This document shows positions 48,023-59,320 of a DNA stretch of 64,000 nt, one piece after another; position 1 is the first letter of the stretch; each line of letters starts with the position of its first letter. The notes beneath the pieces are model-generated. The model saw nothing but the letters and a program-made list of their open reading frames with translations, made no database searches and was not told the origin of the DNA. The DNA is from Candidatus Amesbacteria bacterium. GTDB lineage: Bacteria > Patescibacteriota > Microgenomatia > CAZETR01 > Amesbacteraceae. Made by a program: the position numbers and the translations under genes. The stretch is taken from assembly GCA_963736875.1 (NCBI GenBank), contig CAVTQH010000002.1:334663-398662 (forward strand). Reading direction: 5' to 3'.

Positions 48023-49181
48023 TCCTACCTACAACGAAGCCGGATCAATAGGTGCGATGCTGGATTATCTGATTAATAAAACTTTTCCCCAAATCAAATC
48101 CAAAGAAGGCGGCTTAACCAAAGATTGGGAAATGGAAATATTGGTCGTGGATGATAGTTCTCCCGATGGGACAGGCAAAATCGTCGAAACCAAATCCAAG
48201 ACATCCCCCTCTATCCATTTATTGGAAAGATCAGCCAAGACCGGGATAGGTTCAGCGTATTTGGATGGTTTTAAATATGCCATGGACAAATTACATGCGG
48301 ATTATGCGTTCGAAATGGACGGAGATTTCCAGCATCCGCCTGAAACGATTCCCCTTGCACTTAAGGCACTGGAAGATGGTTACGAGTATGTGATTGGATC
48401 CCGAAAAATTTCTGGAGGAAGTAATCCCAAAGGCTGGGGTTTCAAAAGACTGTTCTTTAGTGAAGTAGGCGGTCTGACGGCCAGATTAATAATGTTTTTT
48501 CCCTTTAAACATTTTTTTGACGTTACCGATCCTACCACCGGTTTTAAAGTCACCAAAGTCAGGGGAATACTGGATAAACTTGATTTAAATGGTTCTCACT
48601 TATATTCAAAAAGCTTTGGTTATAAGTTACAGCTACTTTACGAGACACTGGCTCTGGGTGCCAAGTATAAAGAGGTTCCCTTGGAGTTTAGAGTTCGTAA
48701 TGCCGGCGAATCCAAAATCGAAGCGCAAACTGCCAGGGAAATATTATTGGTGACTATTAAACTCCGCTGGCATGATGCCTTCACCCGGAAATTTCTCAAA
48801 TTCGGGACAGTCGGTTTTATCGGTTATTTGGTTAATGCCTCAACTCTGTATTTATTTACCCGGATGGGATTTCCGGGTTGGTTTGCCTGGGGCGGTTCCA
48901 CGGAACTGGCGATAATTTCCAACTTTACCTGGAATAACATCTGGACTTTTAAAGACCAGAAAATTTCGGGTATTTCCAAATTAGCTTCAAAATTTCTGCA
49001 GTTTAATTTTACTTCCGCCGGAGCCCTCCTTATTCAGGTCGTAGTCGGTTTGATCACGGACAGGATTATCGGCAGCGGATACCGGCAAATAGTCCTGCCC
49101 TTCACTATCCTGTTTTTAATCCTGCCCTACAACTATCTGATGTACACCCTGGTTATCTGGAAAACGAAGAAACACAAGTAA
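48003..49181 (+). CDS. GT2 polyprenol-phosphate glycosyltransferase (Dpm1-like) fused to C-terminal GtrA-like 4-TM domain
   Basis: IIIPTYNEAGSI, VVDDSSPDGT and DGDFQHPPE are GT2 motifs. The C-terminal KFLKFGTVGFIGYLVN segment is GtrA-like. Confidence 0.8.
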   Translation: MKAVIIIPTYNEAGSIGAMLDYLINKTFPQIKSKEGGLTKDWEMEILVVDDSSPDGTGKIVETKSKTSPSIHLLERSAKTGIGSAYLDGFKYAMDKLHADYAFEMDGDFQHPPETIPLALKALEDGYEYVIGSRKISGGSNPKGWGFKRLFFSEVGGLTARLIMFFPFKHFFDVTDPTTGFKVTKVRGILDKLDLNGSHLYSKSFGYKLQLLYETLALGAKYKEVPLEFRVRNAGESKIEAQTAREILLVTIKLRWHDAFTRKFLKFGTVGFIGYLVNASTLYLFTRMGFPGWFAWGGSTELAIISNFTWNNIWTFKDQKISGISKLASKFLQFNFTSAGALLIQVVVGLITDRIIGSGYRQIVLPFTILFLILPYNYLMYTLVIWKTKKHK

Positions 49182-49184
49182 GGA

Positions 49185-50258
49185 TCAGAGAAGGGGACCC
49201 CAGTCGGAAATTGCCACTGCGTTATGCAGGACAAAGTTAATAGTGTAGAAGAACAGTGGGATAATTAAAAGTCCCAAAGCCCACTTGACCTCTTTTCGGG
49301 AAAATATTTCCGCAAATCCCAGAAGTACCACCGGGACCAGAGGCAGGCTGTATCTGGCAATGTCTCTGTGAGACACAAAAAGAATTAATACGTAAAACAC
49401 CGCTCCGAATATTCCCCAGACCAGATCTTTTTTCAGCGCCCTGTATATCCCGATTCCGGCCAAAAGATATATCCAGATAATTTCTTCGAGCCAGATACTT
49501 CCCACCCAACCCTGATTAGCATCAAAGATTTTAAAAGGTAATAACTGTAAATGAATATTGTCTCCGGTATGAAAGTAAGCCCAAAAATCCCCGGTTTTGA
49601 GAAAGAAAAAGTAAGACAATGCCAGAAAAGTTAGTCCGATAATTCCCACCGGCCAGATTTTGAAATCAATTTTTTTAGTTTTTAAATAATTAATAACGGG
49701 CAGTAAACAGTAAGCCACCAGAAGAATTATTCCGGGAGACTTGGTCAGTACCGCCAGACCTCCGGTGATCCCCGAAAGCCAGTATTTCTTTTTGCCGAAA
49801 AAATAAAGCGAGGACACAACGGCTAATATAAATAGTGTCTCGGGACTGCCGACGGAGCGGACAGCCCACATCCGCGGCCACCAGAAAAGCCAGGCCAGAG
49901 TGATCCAGAACGGATCTCCCCATTTGTGCTCCTCGGCAATTTTATAGATGACATAAGTGCAGGCGACTGTTGCCAGAAGATTCACCATTACCATTGCCTG
50001 CAGATGATTCAGGCCGAGCAGGTTAACCAGGTTGATTAATAAAGGATACAGAGGAAAATGTGCCGGATAGTATTCCAAAGGCAAAGCAAATGAAAACATA
50101 TTCCGTATGATCTCCTTGTTGTACCAGGCTTTTGCCACCACGATATAATACGGACCGTCAAAATTCTGATAGATTGTTTTAGTGCCTACCGCTGCCCACA
50201 CCGCCAGCGTGCTTGCCACACAAATTATTGCCAGTTTTGAAACGTTGCTTAATTTCAT
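49185..50258 (-). CDS. polytopic membrane protein, probable GT-C-type glycosyltransferase
   Basis: About 10 TM helices. No soluble domain. Embedded in the glycosylation island. Confidence 0.45.
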   Translation of the reverse strand: MKLSNVSKLAIICVASTLAVWAAVGTKTIYQNFDGPYYIVVAKAWYNKEIIRNMFSFALPLEYYPAHFPLYPLLINLVNLLGLNHLQAMVMVNLLATVACTYVIYKIAEEHKWGDPFWITLAWLFWWPRMWAVRSVGSPETLFILAVVSSLYFFGKKKYWLSGITGGLAVLTKSPGIILLVAYCLLPVINYLKTKKIDFKIWPVGIIGLTFLALSYFFFLKTGDFWAYFHTGDNIHLQLLPFKIFDANQGWVGSIWLEEIIWIYLLAGIGIYRALKKDLVWGIFGAVFYVLILFVSHRDIARYSLPLVPVVLLGFAEIFSRKEVKWALGLLIIPLFFYTINFVLHNAVAISDWGPLL

Positions 50259-51913
50259 ACTTTTTGATATCGGTACTTTGATCTTACCACCGGCCAGGTG
50301 ATCGACACCAATACCATTGTTAACGAAATTATGCTGATCAGATTTGCCATGCGGTTTAAAGGCGGCTCCGTCAGTCTGGTTTCCACAATATGTTTTCCTG
50401 CAGGTATTTCCATGGTCAGCAATCCGTGGCTGTAAGGATTTTCAGGATCAAATAATTTTACTTCTTTCCCGTCCACATATGCCTTCCACCCCGGCCAGTA
50501 ATGGGTTTTATTACTTAAAATCCCGCCTTGGGGGGTTTCCGTATCCAGTTTGTGATAATTTGTTTTCCAGATAAGCGATTTAACCGTAAAATCTCCCTTT
50601 TCCGTTTTTGAAGCTTCGTACTTATGTAGTTGGTTAAATTCGTCAAAAGGAGAATGCCATACCGGTGTTTCTTCCAAAAGCAGGGTATATGTTCCCCTGT
50701 AACCCAGACTGTCTTGGGCCGGATCGGTCCAAGGTAGATATTGTTGAACTTTTGCATAGTCTTTGGTTGTCAAAACCAGTATTACCCACCCCGCCAAAAG
50801 AATGATCACCTTTTTTTTGTTAGAAATCATTAATTTTGACAAAAAGTAAGTTCCGCAAAAAACCGCCGCAGTGGTTGATACAAATAGCAATCGCCAGGGA
50901 AATTGCACTGCCCTGAGGGGAGTTAGAATTTTCCAAAACGGTAGACTTGATTGCGTCATCATAAATATCGCAATGGCAAACACCGCAAAAAAGTAGATGC
51001 TGAGTTTAAATGCCGCTTCTTTAGCAAATTTTCTTTGTCTGAAAAACCAGATACCCAACCAGCCCAGAAATATTACCAACACCCCGGCTCCCAGCTGAAC
51101 GGACATATTTACCCGACCGGTGGATCCGATTCCCTCATAACTCCACGGCGAATAAATCAGCTGTTTAATCGTCACAAAACCGTTTTTCTCCAGAAAGTAA
51201 TTTTCAATCCGGTCAAGATATGTCAGGTTTTTATACAAAATTGCCGGGAGAATATAAAAAGCTGCATTCAAATATCCCCAGGCTATGGCAGTGATTCTTT
51301 TAATATCAAACCCCGTATATCCGATCCAAATCACCCCGAAAATCAGACCGTAAAAAGGGTGGGCCAAATATCACCAGCGTAATCATCAGAGCTGCTATTG
51401 CGATCGATTTCCAGCTTTTCCGCGGTTTTATCAATCGCCCAGAAGGATAGAGGTAGAATCGTGGCAGCCACCGTTTCTCCGAGTGCCCCCCGGACATAGA
51501 CATTTGCCAGATGATAGGGCAGGTATGCATAAGTAAGTCCACCCAAAAAACTTGGCCATGAACCGAAATGCCGCTTAAGCCAGAGATAGGCAAAAAAAGC
51601 ACTGAACGGAAAGGACATGGCCAGAACCAGTTTAAATGCCGTAACCGGGTCGACTCCCGAAAGCATTACAGCCGAAGTCAGATAATAAGGTAGGGTATAG
51701 GAAAAGGTAAAAGTGGGCTGTCCCAGACCGTAATTCAGTCTTTTTGCCCACCGGGGAGGGAAATTACCGTCTTTTAATGCGTTGAAAAATTCCTACCGAT
51801 TTAAATACGGTTGCTTCCCCGTCGTGTCCGGAAATCATTCCCGGATGCCTCAGGGCTTTATAAGCCGGAAAGGTTAATCCCAAAAAAAGCAAAAAGATCA
51901 GAAGATTTTTCAC
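50255..51913 (-). pseudogene. membrane protein of the PTPS-related/YfhO-like family, interrupted by two 1-nt frame changes
   Basis: The N-terminus (GTG at 51913, VKNLLIFLLFLGLTFPAYKALRHPGMISGHDGE), the middle (ORF 51343..51666, YAYLPYHLANVYVRGALGE) and the C-terminal part (50255..51367) lie in three frames. The junctions sit at T5/A5 runs. Paralog of 59317..61009. Confidence 0.5.
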
Positions 51914-51947
51914 CTTCTAAATTATACTCAACCGGGGTGATTTTGGT

Positions 51948-52661
51948 ATGATTAGCCAAATGATAGGGGAGCTTTCAGTCTTTTTTCCCTGCTACAACGA
52001 GCAGGATAATATCGAACAAACGGTAAAAAAAGCCAAACCCGTTTGTAAAAAATATTTCAAAAACTGGGAAATGCTTTTGGTCAACGACGGCTCCAAAGAC
52101 AAAACAGGGGAGATAATTGATAGTCTGGCAAAAAGTGACCGAAATGTAAAACCTATTCATCATCATCCCAACCGGGGTTACGGCGCGGCTTTAAAAAGCG
52201 GATTTTATTCCGCCAAATATCCCTGGGTGGCATTTACGGATGCCGACGGCCAGTTTGATTTTAAGGAGATTTCGGAGTTTATTGCCACTCAGGAAAAGAC
52301 CAAAGCCGATCTGGTAATCGGGTATTACCGTCACCGGCAGGTACCTTTTTCCCGGAAACTGAATTCTTTCATGTGGCAGGTGGTGGTATTTCTGCTTTTC
52401 GGTCTCAGAGTCCGCGATATCGATTGCGGTTTCAAGCTTATTTCCACCAGGGTTTTTAATACCATTCCCAAACTGGAATCGGAAAGAGGAGCCTTTATCA
52501 GCAGTGAATTATTAATCAAAGCCAGAAAGGCCGGATTTAAGATTGTGGAAATTCCCGTCACCCACTATCCGAGAGTTGTCGGTCACGGCACGGGTGCGGA
52601 TTTAAACGTCATTATTAAAAGTTTTCTGGATCTTTTCCGTTTATGGTTCAAACTGCATTAA
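51948..52661 (+). CDS. GT2 glycosyltransferase (polyprenol-phosphate sugar transferase type)
   Basis: FFPCYNEQDNI, LVNDGSKD, DADGQFD. Confidence 0.8.
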   Translation: MISQMIGELSVFFPCYNEQDNIEQTVKKAKPVCKKYFKNWEMLLVNDGSKDKTGEIIDSLAKSDRNVKPIHHHPNRGYGAALKSGFYSAKYPWVAFTDADGQFDFKEISEFIATQEKTKADLVIGYYRHRQVPFSRKLNSFMWQVVVFLLFGLRVRDIDCGFKLISTRVFNTIPKLESERGAFISSELLIKARKAGFKIVEIPVTHYPRVVGHGTGADLNVIIKSFLDLFRLWFKLH

Positions 52662-52739
52662 AACGCCGGGAAATAATCTGCCTGGCAGTTATTCTGTTGG
52701 TCTGCAGCGTTTCTGCGCCTTTACAAAATCCCGGATTAC

Positions 52740-54107
52740 ATGACTTTTCTGGGAGATGAAGGACGGGATGCGCTGGTGATGCGAAATATTGTTTTGGGAA
52801 GGCATTTTCCCCTGATCGGCCCCGGCACCTCCATCGGCAATATGTATCTGGGTCCTCTCTATTATTATCTGGTTGCCCCGTCGCTTCTTATTTCCGGCTT
52901 TTCTCCTCTCGGCCCGGCAGTTGAAGTGGCTGTCATCGGGATTCTGACGGTCGGTCTGCTGTGGTGGATAGGCAGGCAATGGTTCGGACCATTCGGAGCT
53001 CTTTTAATATCGGCTCTTTATGCAGTTTCCCCGGTGGTGATCACTTATTCCCGCTCTTCATGGAATCCGAATATCATGCCGTTTTTTGCCTTGCTTACAA
53101 TCTACAGTCTGTGGCAGGTATGGCGCAATCACCGCTGGCCCTGGCTGATCGTCTCAGCCGTCGCTTTCGCTTTTGTTCTTAACTCTCATTATTTAGGTCT
53201 GTTACTCGCTCCCACAATTGGAATATTTTGGCTGATTACCGCTAAAAAATCTTTAAAGACCTCAATCGTGTCCTTCCTATTACTATTACTACTACTATCC
53301 CCCCTGCTTATTTTTGACATGCGCCACAATTGGACAAATTTTAATGCCCTTAAAGCTTTTCTTACGGACCGCCAGCAGACTGTAAATTTCAAAGCCTACA
53401 AAGCCATACCCAATCTTTGGCCTATATGGGCGGATATCAACACCACTCTGCTTGCCGCCGGAAATATTCAGTTGGGATTTATCACGTCCGCGTTGCTGGT
53501 TCTATTACCGGTTCTGATACTGGTTAAACAATTAAAGTCGAAAAATATCTCACCTGAGTTAATGTTGGTTATGGTTTGGATAGGGTTTGGTCTTTTAGGA
53601 CTCGGCCTTTACAAGCAGCATATTTATGCCCATTACTACGGTTTTATTTTTCCCGCCCCCTTTCTGCTTTTAGGTTCTATTTTTAAATATTCCCATCGTC
53701 TTCTAAAATATCTTTTAGCCGGATTTATACTTTTCCTTCTGCTGTTTAATTTAATAAACAACCCCTTTCGCTCCTCGCCCAATCTGCAGCTGGAGCGGAC
53801 TTCGCAAATAGCCTTAGTAATAAACCAACAGGCTCTGGGGCAACCTTTTAATCTGGCCCTGATTGCCAAAACCAATTATGATGCCGGATACCGCTATGCC
53901 CTGCAATTATTGGATAGTCCTTACTTTACTATCCATGACCAACTGGCTGAACAGTTATTTGTCATCTGCGAAATTGACTGTGAACCGATAAATAATCCGC
54001 TGTGGGAAGTCGCCGCTTTCGGGTGGGCAAAAATTGATAAGATTTGGGAATTCCCCTGGGGGGGAGTCAAGCTTTATCGGTTAATTCATAATCCGTCCGG
54101 ATCATGA
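52740..54107 (+). CDS. GT-C membrane glycosyltransferase (ArnT/PMT-like), tandem paralog 1
   Basis: N-terminal motif GDEGRDALV...LIGPGTSIGNMYLGPLYYYLVAP, shared with the next two genes. About 12 TM helices. Confidence 0.6.
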   Translation: MTFLGDEGRDALVMRNIVLGRHFPLIGPGTSIGNMYLGPLYYYLVAPSLLISGFSPLGPAVEVAVIGILTVGLLWWIGRQWFGPFGALLISALYAVSPVVITYSRSSWNPNIMPFFALLTIYSLWQVWRNHRWPWLIVSAVAFAFVLNSHYLGLLLAPTIGIFWLITAKKSLKTSIVSFLLLLLLLSPLLIFDMRHNWTNFNALKAFLTDRQQTVNFKAYKAIPNLWPIWADINTTLLAAGNIQLGFITSALLVLLPVLILVKQLKSKNISPELMLVMVWIGFGLLGLGLYKQHIYAHYYGFIFPAPFLLLGSIFKYSHRLLKYLLAGFILFLLLFNLINNPFRSSPNLQLERTSQIALVINQQALGQPFNLALIAKTNYDAGYRYALQLLDSPYFTIHDQLAEQLFVICEIDCEPINNPLWEVAAFGWAKIDKIWEFPWGGVKLYRLIHNPSGS

Positions 54108-55579
54108 AAAAAACATTTATCATAACCATTATTTTGGCCCTGGCCTTGTTTTTACGTACATATCGGGCTTCCGTCCTGACCGGCTTTTATTTTGACCAGG
54201 GAAGGGATGCCAAAATAATTTGGGATTTATGGCATTCGCACAAATTTTTCCTCATCGGTCCCACTACCGGAATAGAAGGCATTTTTCTCGGCCCCTTTTA
54301 TTATTATCTGATTGCGCCTTTCTATCTTTTGGGAAACGGGAATCCGGTCGCCGCGGCAGTCGGCCTGGCCTTAATCTGCACGATCGGGATTATTGTCATC
54401 TATGAAATCGGCCGGAAGTACTTTAATCCGGTTGCCGGTTTTATTACCGCAATACTGGCGGCCTGTTCTCTGAGTATGGTCCAGTCTCACCGCTGGCTGT
54501 CCAACCCCACTCCTTTATATTTGTCTTCCGCCCTGGCCCTGCTGCTGCTTCTCAAAATTGTCTTCGGTTCCAAATCCGGATGGGTCTGGTTTCTCTTTGG
54601 TTTAATGCTGGGGGTCAGCCTTCATTTCGAAGCGGCTTCTGCCGTATTTTTCCTGCCCGCCACCCTTCTGATTTTTTTGTGGTTCAGAAAAGACATAGTC
54701 TGGCAATTTAAAAACCTGATTCATCTGGCTTTTGCATTCCTGATCACTCTGCTTCCCCAGATAATTTTTGATCTCAGGCACGACCATATCCTGGCTTTGG
54801 CCTTCGGGAAGTTTCTGATAACGGAGAAAAGTTTCACCCCGTCCGGAAGCGGATTTATTTTGGATCGCCTGAACTTTTATTATCAGTCATTTTCGAGTCT
54901 TATCACCCTGGATAAAACCCCGGCAATTGTGATTTCCTTATTATTACTGCTGTTAACTGTTATTGTTTGGCGCTTTATACCCAAAAAACCGCTGACGGTC
55001 GTCCTCATTTGGCTTCTTACTCCCATGTTCTTTTTGCTGCTGTACCGGGGGAATTACGGTTATGTCTGGAGCTATTACTTTACCGGAGTATATTTGGTTT
55101 TTATGCTTTTAACCGGTGTGGTTTTATCCTATGCATATACCTGTCCCCGGATTCCTTTCCGTAAAGGTTTGGTGGGTGTTTTAGTCTCTTATTTTCTTGT
55201 CTGGAATGGTTTTCATCTTTATCATTACCTGCGCGCCAATCCGGACGGACCGGAAGCCATAATGCTGGGTTCGTCTTTACCGGCTGTTGACTGGGTTTTT
55301 AAGGATGCCGGCGACCGGTCTTTCAATGTTGACGTTTATGTTCCTCCGGTGATATCCCATGCCTATGATTACCTGTTTCTCTGGCGGGGTGATACCCGTT
55401 ACCGCCGTCAGCCGTCTTCCGACCTTCAGCCGCTGCTTTACACTCTTTATGAAGTCGATCCTCCACATCCCGAGCGTTTGGAAGCCTGGCTGACGCGTCA
55501 GGCCGGTATAGCCGTTCCCAAAACCAGTATTAAATTCGGCGGGGTTACGGTAGACCGGCGTCAGCGGATCAATAAATGA
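54104..55579 (+). CDS. GT-C membrane glycosyltransferase (ArnT/PMT-like), tandem paralog 2
   Basis: FDQGRDAKI...LIGPTTGIEGIFLGPFYYYLIAP. Overlaps its neighbours (ATGA). Confidence 0.6.
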   Translation: MKKTFIITIILALALFLRTYRASVLTGFYFDQGRDAKIIWDLWHSHKFFLIGPTTGIEGIFLGPFYYYLIAPFYLLGNGNPVAAAVGLALICTIGIIVIYEIGRKYFNPVAGFITAILAACSLSMVQSHRWLSNPTPLYLSSALALLLLLKIVFGSKSGWVWFLFGLMLGVSLHFEAASAVFFLPATLLIFLWFRKDIVWQFKNLIHLAFAFLITLLPQIIFDLRHDHILALAFGKFLITEKSFTPSGSGFILDRLNFYYQSFSSLITLDKTPAIVISLLLLLLTVIVWRFIPKKPLTVVLIWLLTPMFFLLLYRGNYGYVWSYYFTGVYLVFMLLTGVVLSYAYTCPRIPFRKGLVGVLVSYFLVWNGFHLYHYLRANPDGPEAIMLGSSLPAVDWVFKDAGDRSFNVDVYVPPVISHAYDYLFLWRGDTRYRRQPSSDLQPLLYTLYEVDPPHPERLEAWLTRQAGIAVPKTSIKFGGVTVDRRQRINK

Positions 55580-57088
55580 AAAATATTCTAATTCCGGTAC
55601 TTCTCATAGCCCTGATTCTCGGTCTGATACTTCGCGGCTATCAGTTTAAAGAGAGATTTTTGTATGCACATGACAACGATCTGGCCGGCTGGATTGTTAA
55701 AGATATTGTCATCGATCACCATCCTGCGTCTAATCGGTCAGGAAACTTCTGCCAAAGGGATTTTTATCGGCCCTCTCTTTTATTATTCGCTGATTCCGTT
55801 TTACCTGATTACCGGCATGGATCCGATTGGATCACGGATATATTCCCTGATTATCGGTTTGACTGCCATCTGCAGTCTGTATTTTGTCGTCAACAGGCTT
55901 TATGGCCGCCGCCCGGCCGGCATTGCCTCTCTCATTTATGCGGTTTCGTTTCTAATTTCCCAGACTGAACGGGAAGTCGTCCCCACCACTACCGTCATGT
56001 TGTGGTCAATCTGGTTTTATTATTCAGTCAATCTTATTTTCCGGGCAAAAAAGTCCGGTCTGCTTTTAGCTTCCTTTTTACTGGGTTTGGTCTGGCATAT
56101 CAATTTAGCCCTGATTCTGCTTTCTCCTCTGGTAATCCTGGGTGTATTCCTAAATCACAAAAAATATCTTCTCAGAGATTTTTTCAAACCGGTCATCATT
56201 CTGTTAATTATGTCACTGCCACTGTTTATTTTTGAAATCCGTCATAACTTTTTACAGACCAGATCGCTTTTTGGTACAGTTTTTGAAAATTCCGCCGTTT
56301 CAGGCATCCCTGCGGTCTCTTTTTCGGACAAAGTTTCACACGTGGTAAGTTTTGCTTTCAAAAACGCCACCCGGATATTTTTTATTCCGGAATTTGTTTT
56401 TCCTGAAAATATTATTCCCGTATTTCTCACAATCATGCTGCTGGTACTGGTGATCACCCGCAGGATCCCCGGATATACAGGAACAATTTTTATTTTATGG
56501 ATGGGTCTGTATATTCTTTTCTTTACTCTTCACCCCATAAATCTTTCCGAATATTACTTAAACGGGATGAATATATTTTGGCTGATTATTGCCGCTGTCA
56601 CTATGGGCAGAATCCTGCCCAAATTTATATCCGCCGCAGTTCTTTGTTTTCTTATTTTTTACAACCTGAATATGTTTCTTTCTTCCCCGATAAACGCCAG
56701 CGGATATTTACCGAAGAAGGCATTGATGGAATTTATCTATACTGATGCCGCAGCGCACGATTATCCCTGCGTCGCCTTTTCCTACATCACCAACCCCGGT
56801 TATCAGTTCGGATACCGTTATTTTATTTATCTGAAGGGTTTGAAAACCGCTCCGCCTTCATCCGGAGCCCCGGTTTATTCGGTGGTCTTTCCGCATTCCT
56901 TGGTTGACCGGATAGATAAATCTTTCGGAGCCATAGGGCTGGTTTTACCCAGATATTCCCGCTATGATCAGGAGGCGGTACAAGTCAGTTGTTCGGGTGA
57001 AAACTCGAATCTGACCGATCCCATGTTCGGCTTTACGATACCAAGTAAATATGTCCGTGTATCTTTCAGTTATCGTTACCAACTATAA
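55576..57088 (+). pseudogene. GT-C membrane glycosyltransferase, tandem paralog 3, N-terminus frame-shifted
   Basis: The N-terminal 50 aa (ORF 55576.., FLYAHDNDLAGWIVKDIVIDHHP) matches the paralog motif. The remainder (ORF 55664..57088, LIGQETSAKGIFIGPLFYYSLIPF) is in the +1 frame. The junction lies near 55727-55738. Confidence 0.5.
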
Positions 57089-57797
57089 CGAAGAGGAAAA
57101 CCTCAAAAAAGGGGCATTGGATGAGATTTATGATTATTTGAAATCCCAGGACTATTCCTTCGAAATGGTACTGGTCAATGACGGTTCCGCGGATTCAACT
57201 CTGACTTTGTTAAACGCTTTCTCCAAAAACCACCCGGAAGCAAGGGTGATCAATAATCCTCATATGGGTAAGGCTGCCGGAGTCATCACCGGAGCCCTGG
57301 CGGGGATCGGGGAGATTATTCTTTTTACCGATACCGATCAATCCACTCCCATTTCAGAATTTGCCAAGTTCATTCCGTTATTTGAGCAGGGTAAGGCCAT
57401 AGTTATCGGGTCCCGGCCCAGCCGTCCCGGAGCTCCGCTGTTCCGCCAGATATTGGCCTTGGGTATGGTTGTCCTGCGGACTCTGGTTTTACAGCTTCCG
57501 TACCGGGATACCCAGTGCGGATTCAAGGCTCTGACTGCAGAATCTGCCCAAAAAATATTTTCCGCCATGAAACGGATTCATCCGCTCAAAGCCATCGGCT
57601 ACCCGACCACCAATCCGGGTTTTGACCTGGAAATTTTATACCTGGCTCGAAAATACGGATATGAGGTGGGAGTTGTACCCGTGCAATGGTCATACCGTGA
57701 AAGCAAGCGGGTCACCTTTTTCAAAGACGCAATTAACGGCATCAAAGAATTATTACTGGTCCGCTGGCGGTCTCTGACCAATGCTTACCGGAATTGA
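57051..57797 (+). CDS. GT2 glycosyltransferase (dolichyl/undecaprenyl-phosphate sugar transferase-like)
   Basis: LSVIVTNYNEEENL, LVNDGSADST, FTDTDQS. Confidence 0.8.
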   Translation: MSVYLSVIVTNYNEEENLKKGALDEIYDYLKSQDYSFEMVLVNDGSADSTLTLLNAFSKNHPEARVINNPHMGKAAGVITGALAGIGEIILFTDTDQSTPISEFAKFIPLFEQGKAIVIGSRPSRPGAPLFRQILALGMVVLRTLVLQLPYRDTQCGFKALTAESAQKIFSAMKRIHPLKAIGYPTTNPGFDLEILYLARKYGYEVGVVPVQWSYRESKRVTFFKDAINGIKELLLVRWRSLTNAYRN

Positions 57798-59320
57798 ATA
57801 TGCCAACAAAATCCCGGCTTAATCCCAGATACCGGATTGTTCTGTTAATCACAGCCGGAATTCTCGTACTTGCTGCCGTCATCCGTTTTACTCATCTGAC
57901 TCTGCTGCCGGTTTTTGCCGATGAATCGATTTACCTTCGCTGGGCTCAGGTCATGCGGGCGGAATCCACTTTGAGATTTTTACCTCTTTCGGACGGTAAA
58001 CAGCCTTTATTTATGTGGGCGGTGATTCCGTTTATGAAATTTATATCCGACCCCTTATTGGCCGGCAGGGTATTTTCCGCGCTTTGCGGTTTGTTTACCA
58101 CAATTGGAATCGGGGTGGCGGGTTATATCCTTTTTTCCAACTTCAGGCTGGCTTTATCCGCATCTCTTTTATGGGCGGTTATTCCCTATGCCGTATTTTT
58201 TGACCGGATGGCTTTGGCCGATGGACTCCTCGCCATGTTTATGGTCTGGACTTTCGTATTTTCCGTCCTGTCACTTCGGTATCTGCGGTGGGATTTGTCC
58301 ATGCTTGCGGGATTTACTTTGGGCTTCGCCTGGCTGACCAAATCTCCGGCCATATTTGCTATGGTTTTGATCCCGGCGGGTTTATTGCTGGTGGAGTGGA
58401 AACATCTCAGGGGGATCAGAAAGGTTGTTCCTCTGATTCTGATCGGTACCACTTTTATTATCGGATTTGCCATGTATAACATTCTGCGTTTGGGACCCGA
58501 GTTTCATCAGATAGCTTTAAGAAACCGGGATTATGTTTTTCCGTTATCTGAGGTTATCTCCCACCCCACTGATCCGTTGATACCCCATTTACGCGATGCA
58601 ATCGGTTTTTACCTGTATCTTGTCACTCCGCTGGGCTTGGGTTTTGCTCTTTTGGGAATAGCCGAGGGAGGTTTGCGCCATTGGCGTCAGCGGTTGATTT
58701 TACTGCTGTGGTGGCTGGTACCGGTTATTTCCCAGTCATTTGTAGCCAAAGCGTTTACTGCCCGGTATCTGCTGTTTACGGTTCCGTTTTCGCTGATACT
58801 GGCTTCCCATGGATTATGGCATTTCGGTGACCGGACTCAAAAACACTTCCTTTCCCTGACAGGTTTGATATTAGTCGTCTGTTTAAGTTTGGGATATGAC
58901 TATTTGCTTTTAACTGATCCTCAAAAAGCTCCGTTGCCGCGGATTGAACGTTCGGGATATATGGAGGAGTGGACGGCAGGTTACGGCCTGAAAGAGGCAG
59001 CCGGTCAAATCAGAAGCAGTGCGGCTTCAGGGCCGGTAGTTATCGGTTCCGAAGGTTACTTCGGGACTCCTTTCAGTGCCATGCAAATGTACTTAAATGA
59101 TGTTTCAAACGTCCGGATAGTCGGATTAGGAACGGTTTTAGGTTATCCCGATCCCAAGCTTACTTCAGCCCGGGCGGAAAATCAGATTTTTGTAGTATTC
59201 AATTCCACCCGCATTCCCCGCGATCCGGCAGACTTGGGTTACGAAATTCTGGGTTCCTACCCCAAAGCCGTCCGTCCGGACGGCTCCCGTGAATATCTGC
59301 TTCTGATGAAATTGAAATGA
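57794..59320 (+). CDS. ArnT/PMT-family GT-C glycosyltransferase (COG1807-like)
   Basis: The first-loop motif FADESIYLRWAQ (a DE motif) follows TM1. About 11 TM helices plus a C-terminal soluble domain. Confidence 0.7.
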   Translation: MNMPTKSRLNPRYRIVLLITAGILVLAAVIRFTHLTLLPVFADESIYLRWAQVMRAESTLRFLPLSDGKQPLFMWAVIPFMKFISDPLLAGRVFSALCGLFTTIGIGVAGYILFSNFRLALSASLLWAVIPYAVFFDRMALADGLLAMFMVWTFVFSVLSLRYLRWDLSMLAGFTLGFAWLTKSPAIFAMVLIPAGLLLVEWKHLRGIRKVVPLILIGTTFIIGFAMYNILRLGPEFHQIALRNRDYVFPLSEVISHPTDPLIPHLRDAIGFYLYLVTPLGLGFALLGIAEGGLRHWRQRLILLLWWLVPVISQSFVAKAFTARYLLFTVPFSLILASHGLWHFGDRTQKHFLSLTGLILVVCLSLGYDYLLLTDPQKAPLPRIERSGYMEEWTAGYGLKEAAGQIRSSAASGPVVIGSEGYFGTPFSAMQMYLNDVSNVRIVGLGTVLGYPDPKLTSARAENQIFVVFNSTRIPRDPADLGYEILGSYPKAVRPDGSREYLLLMKLK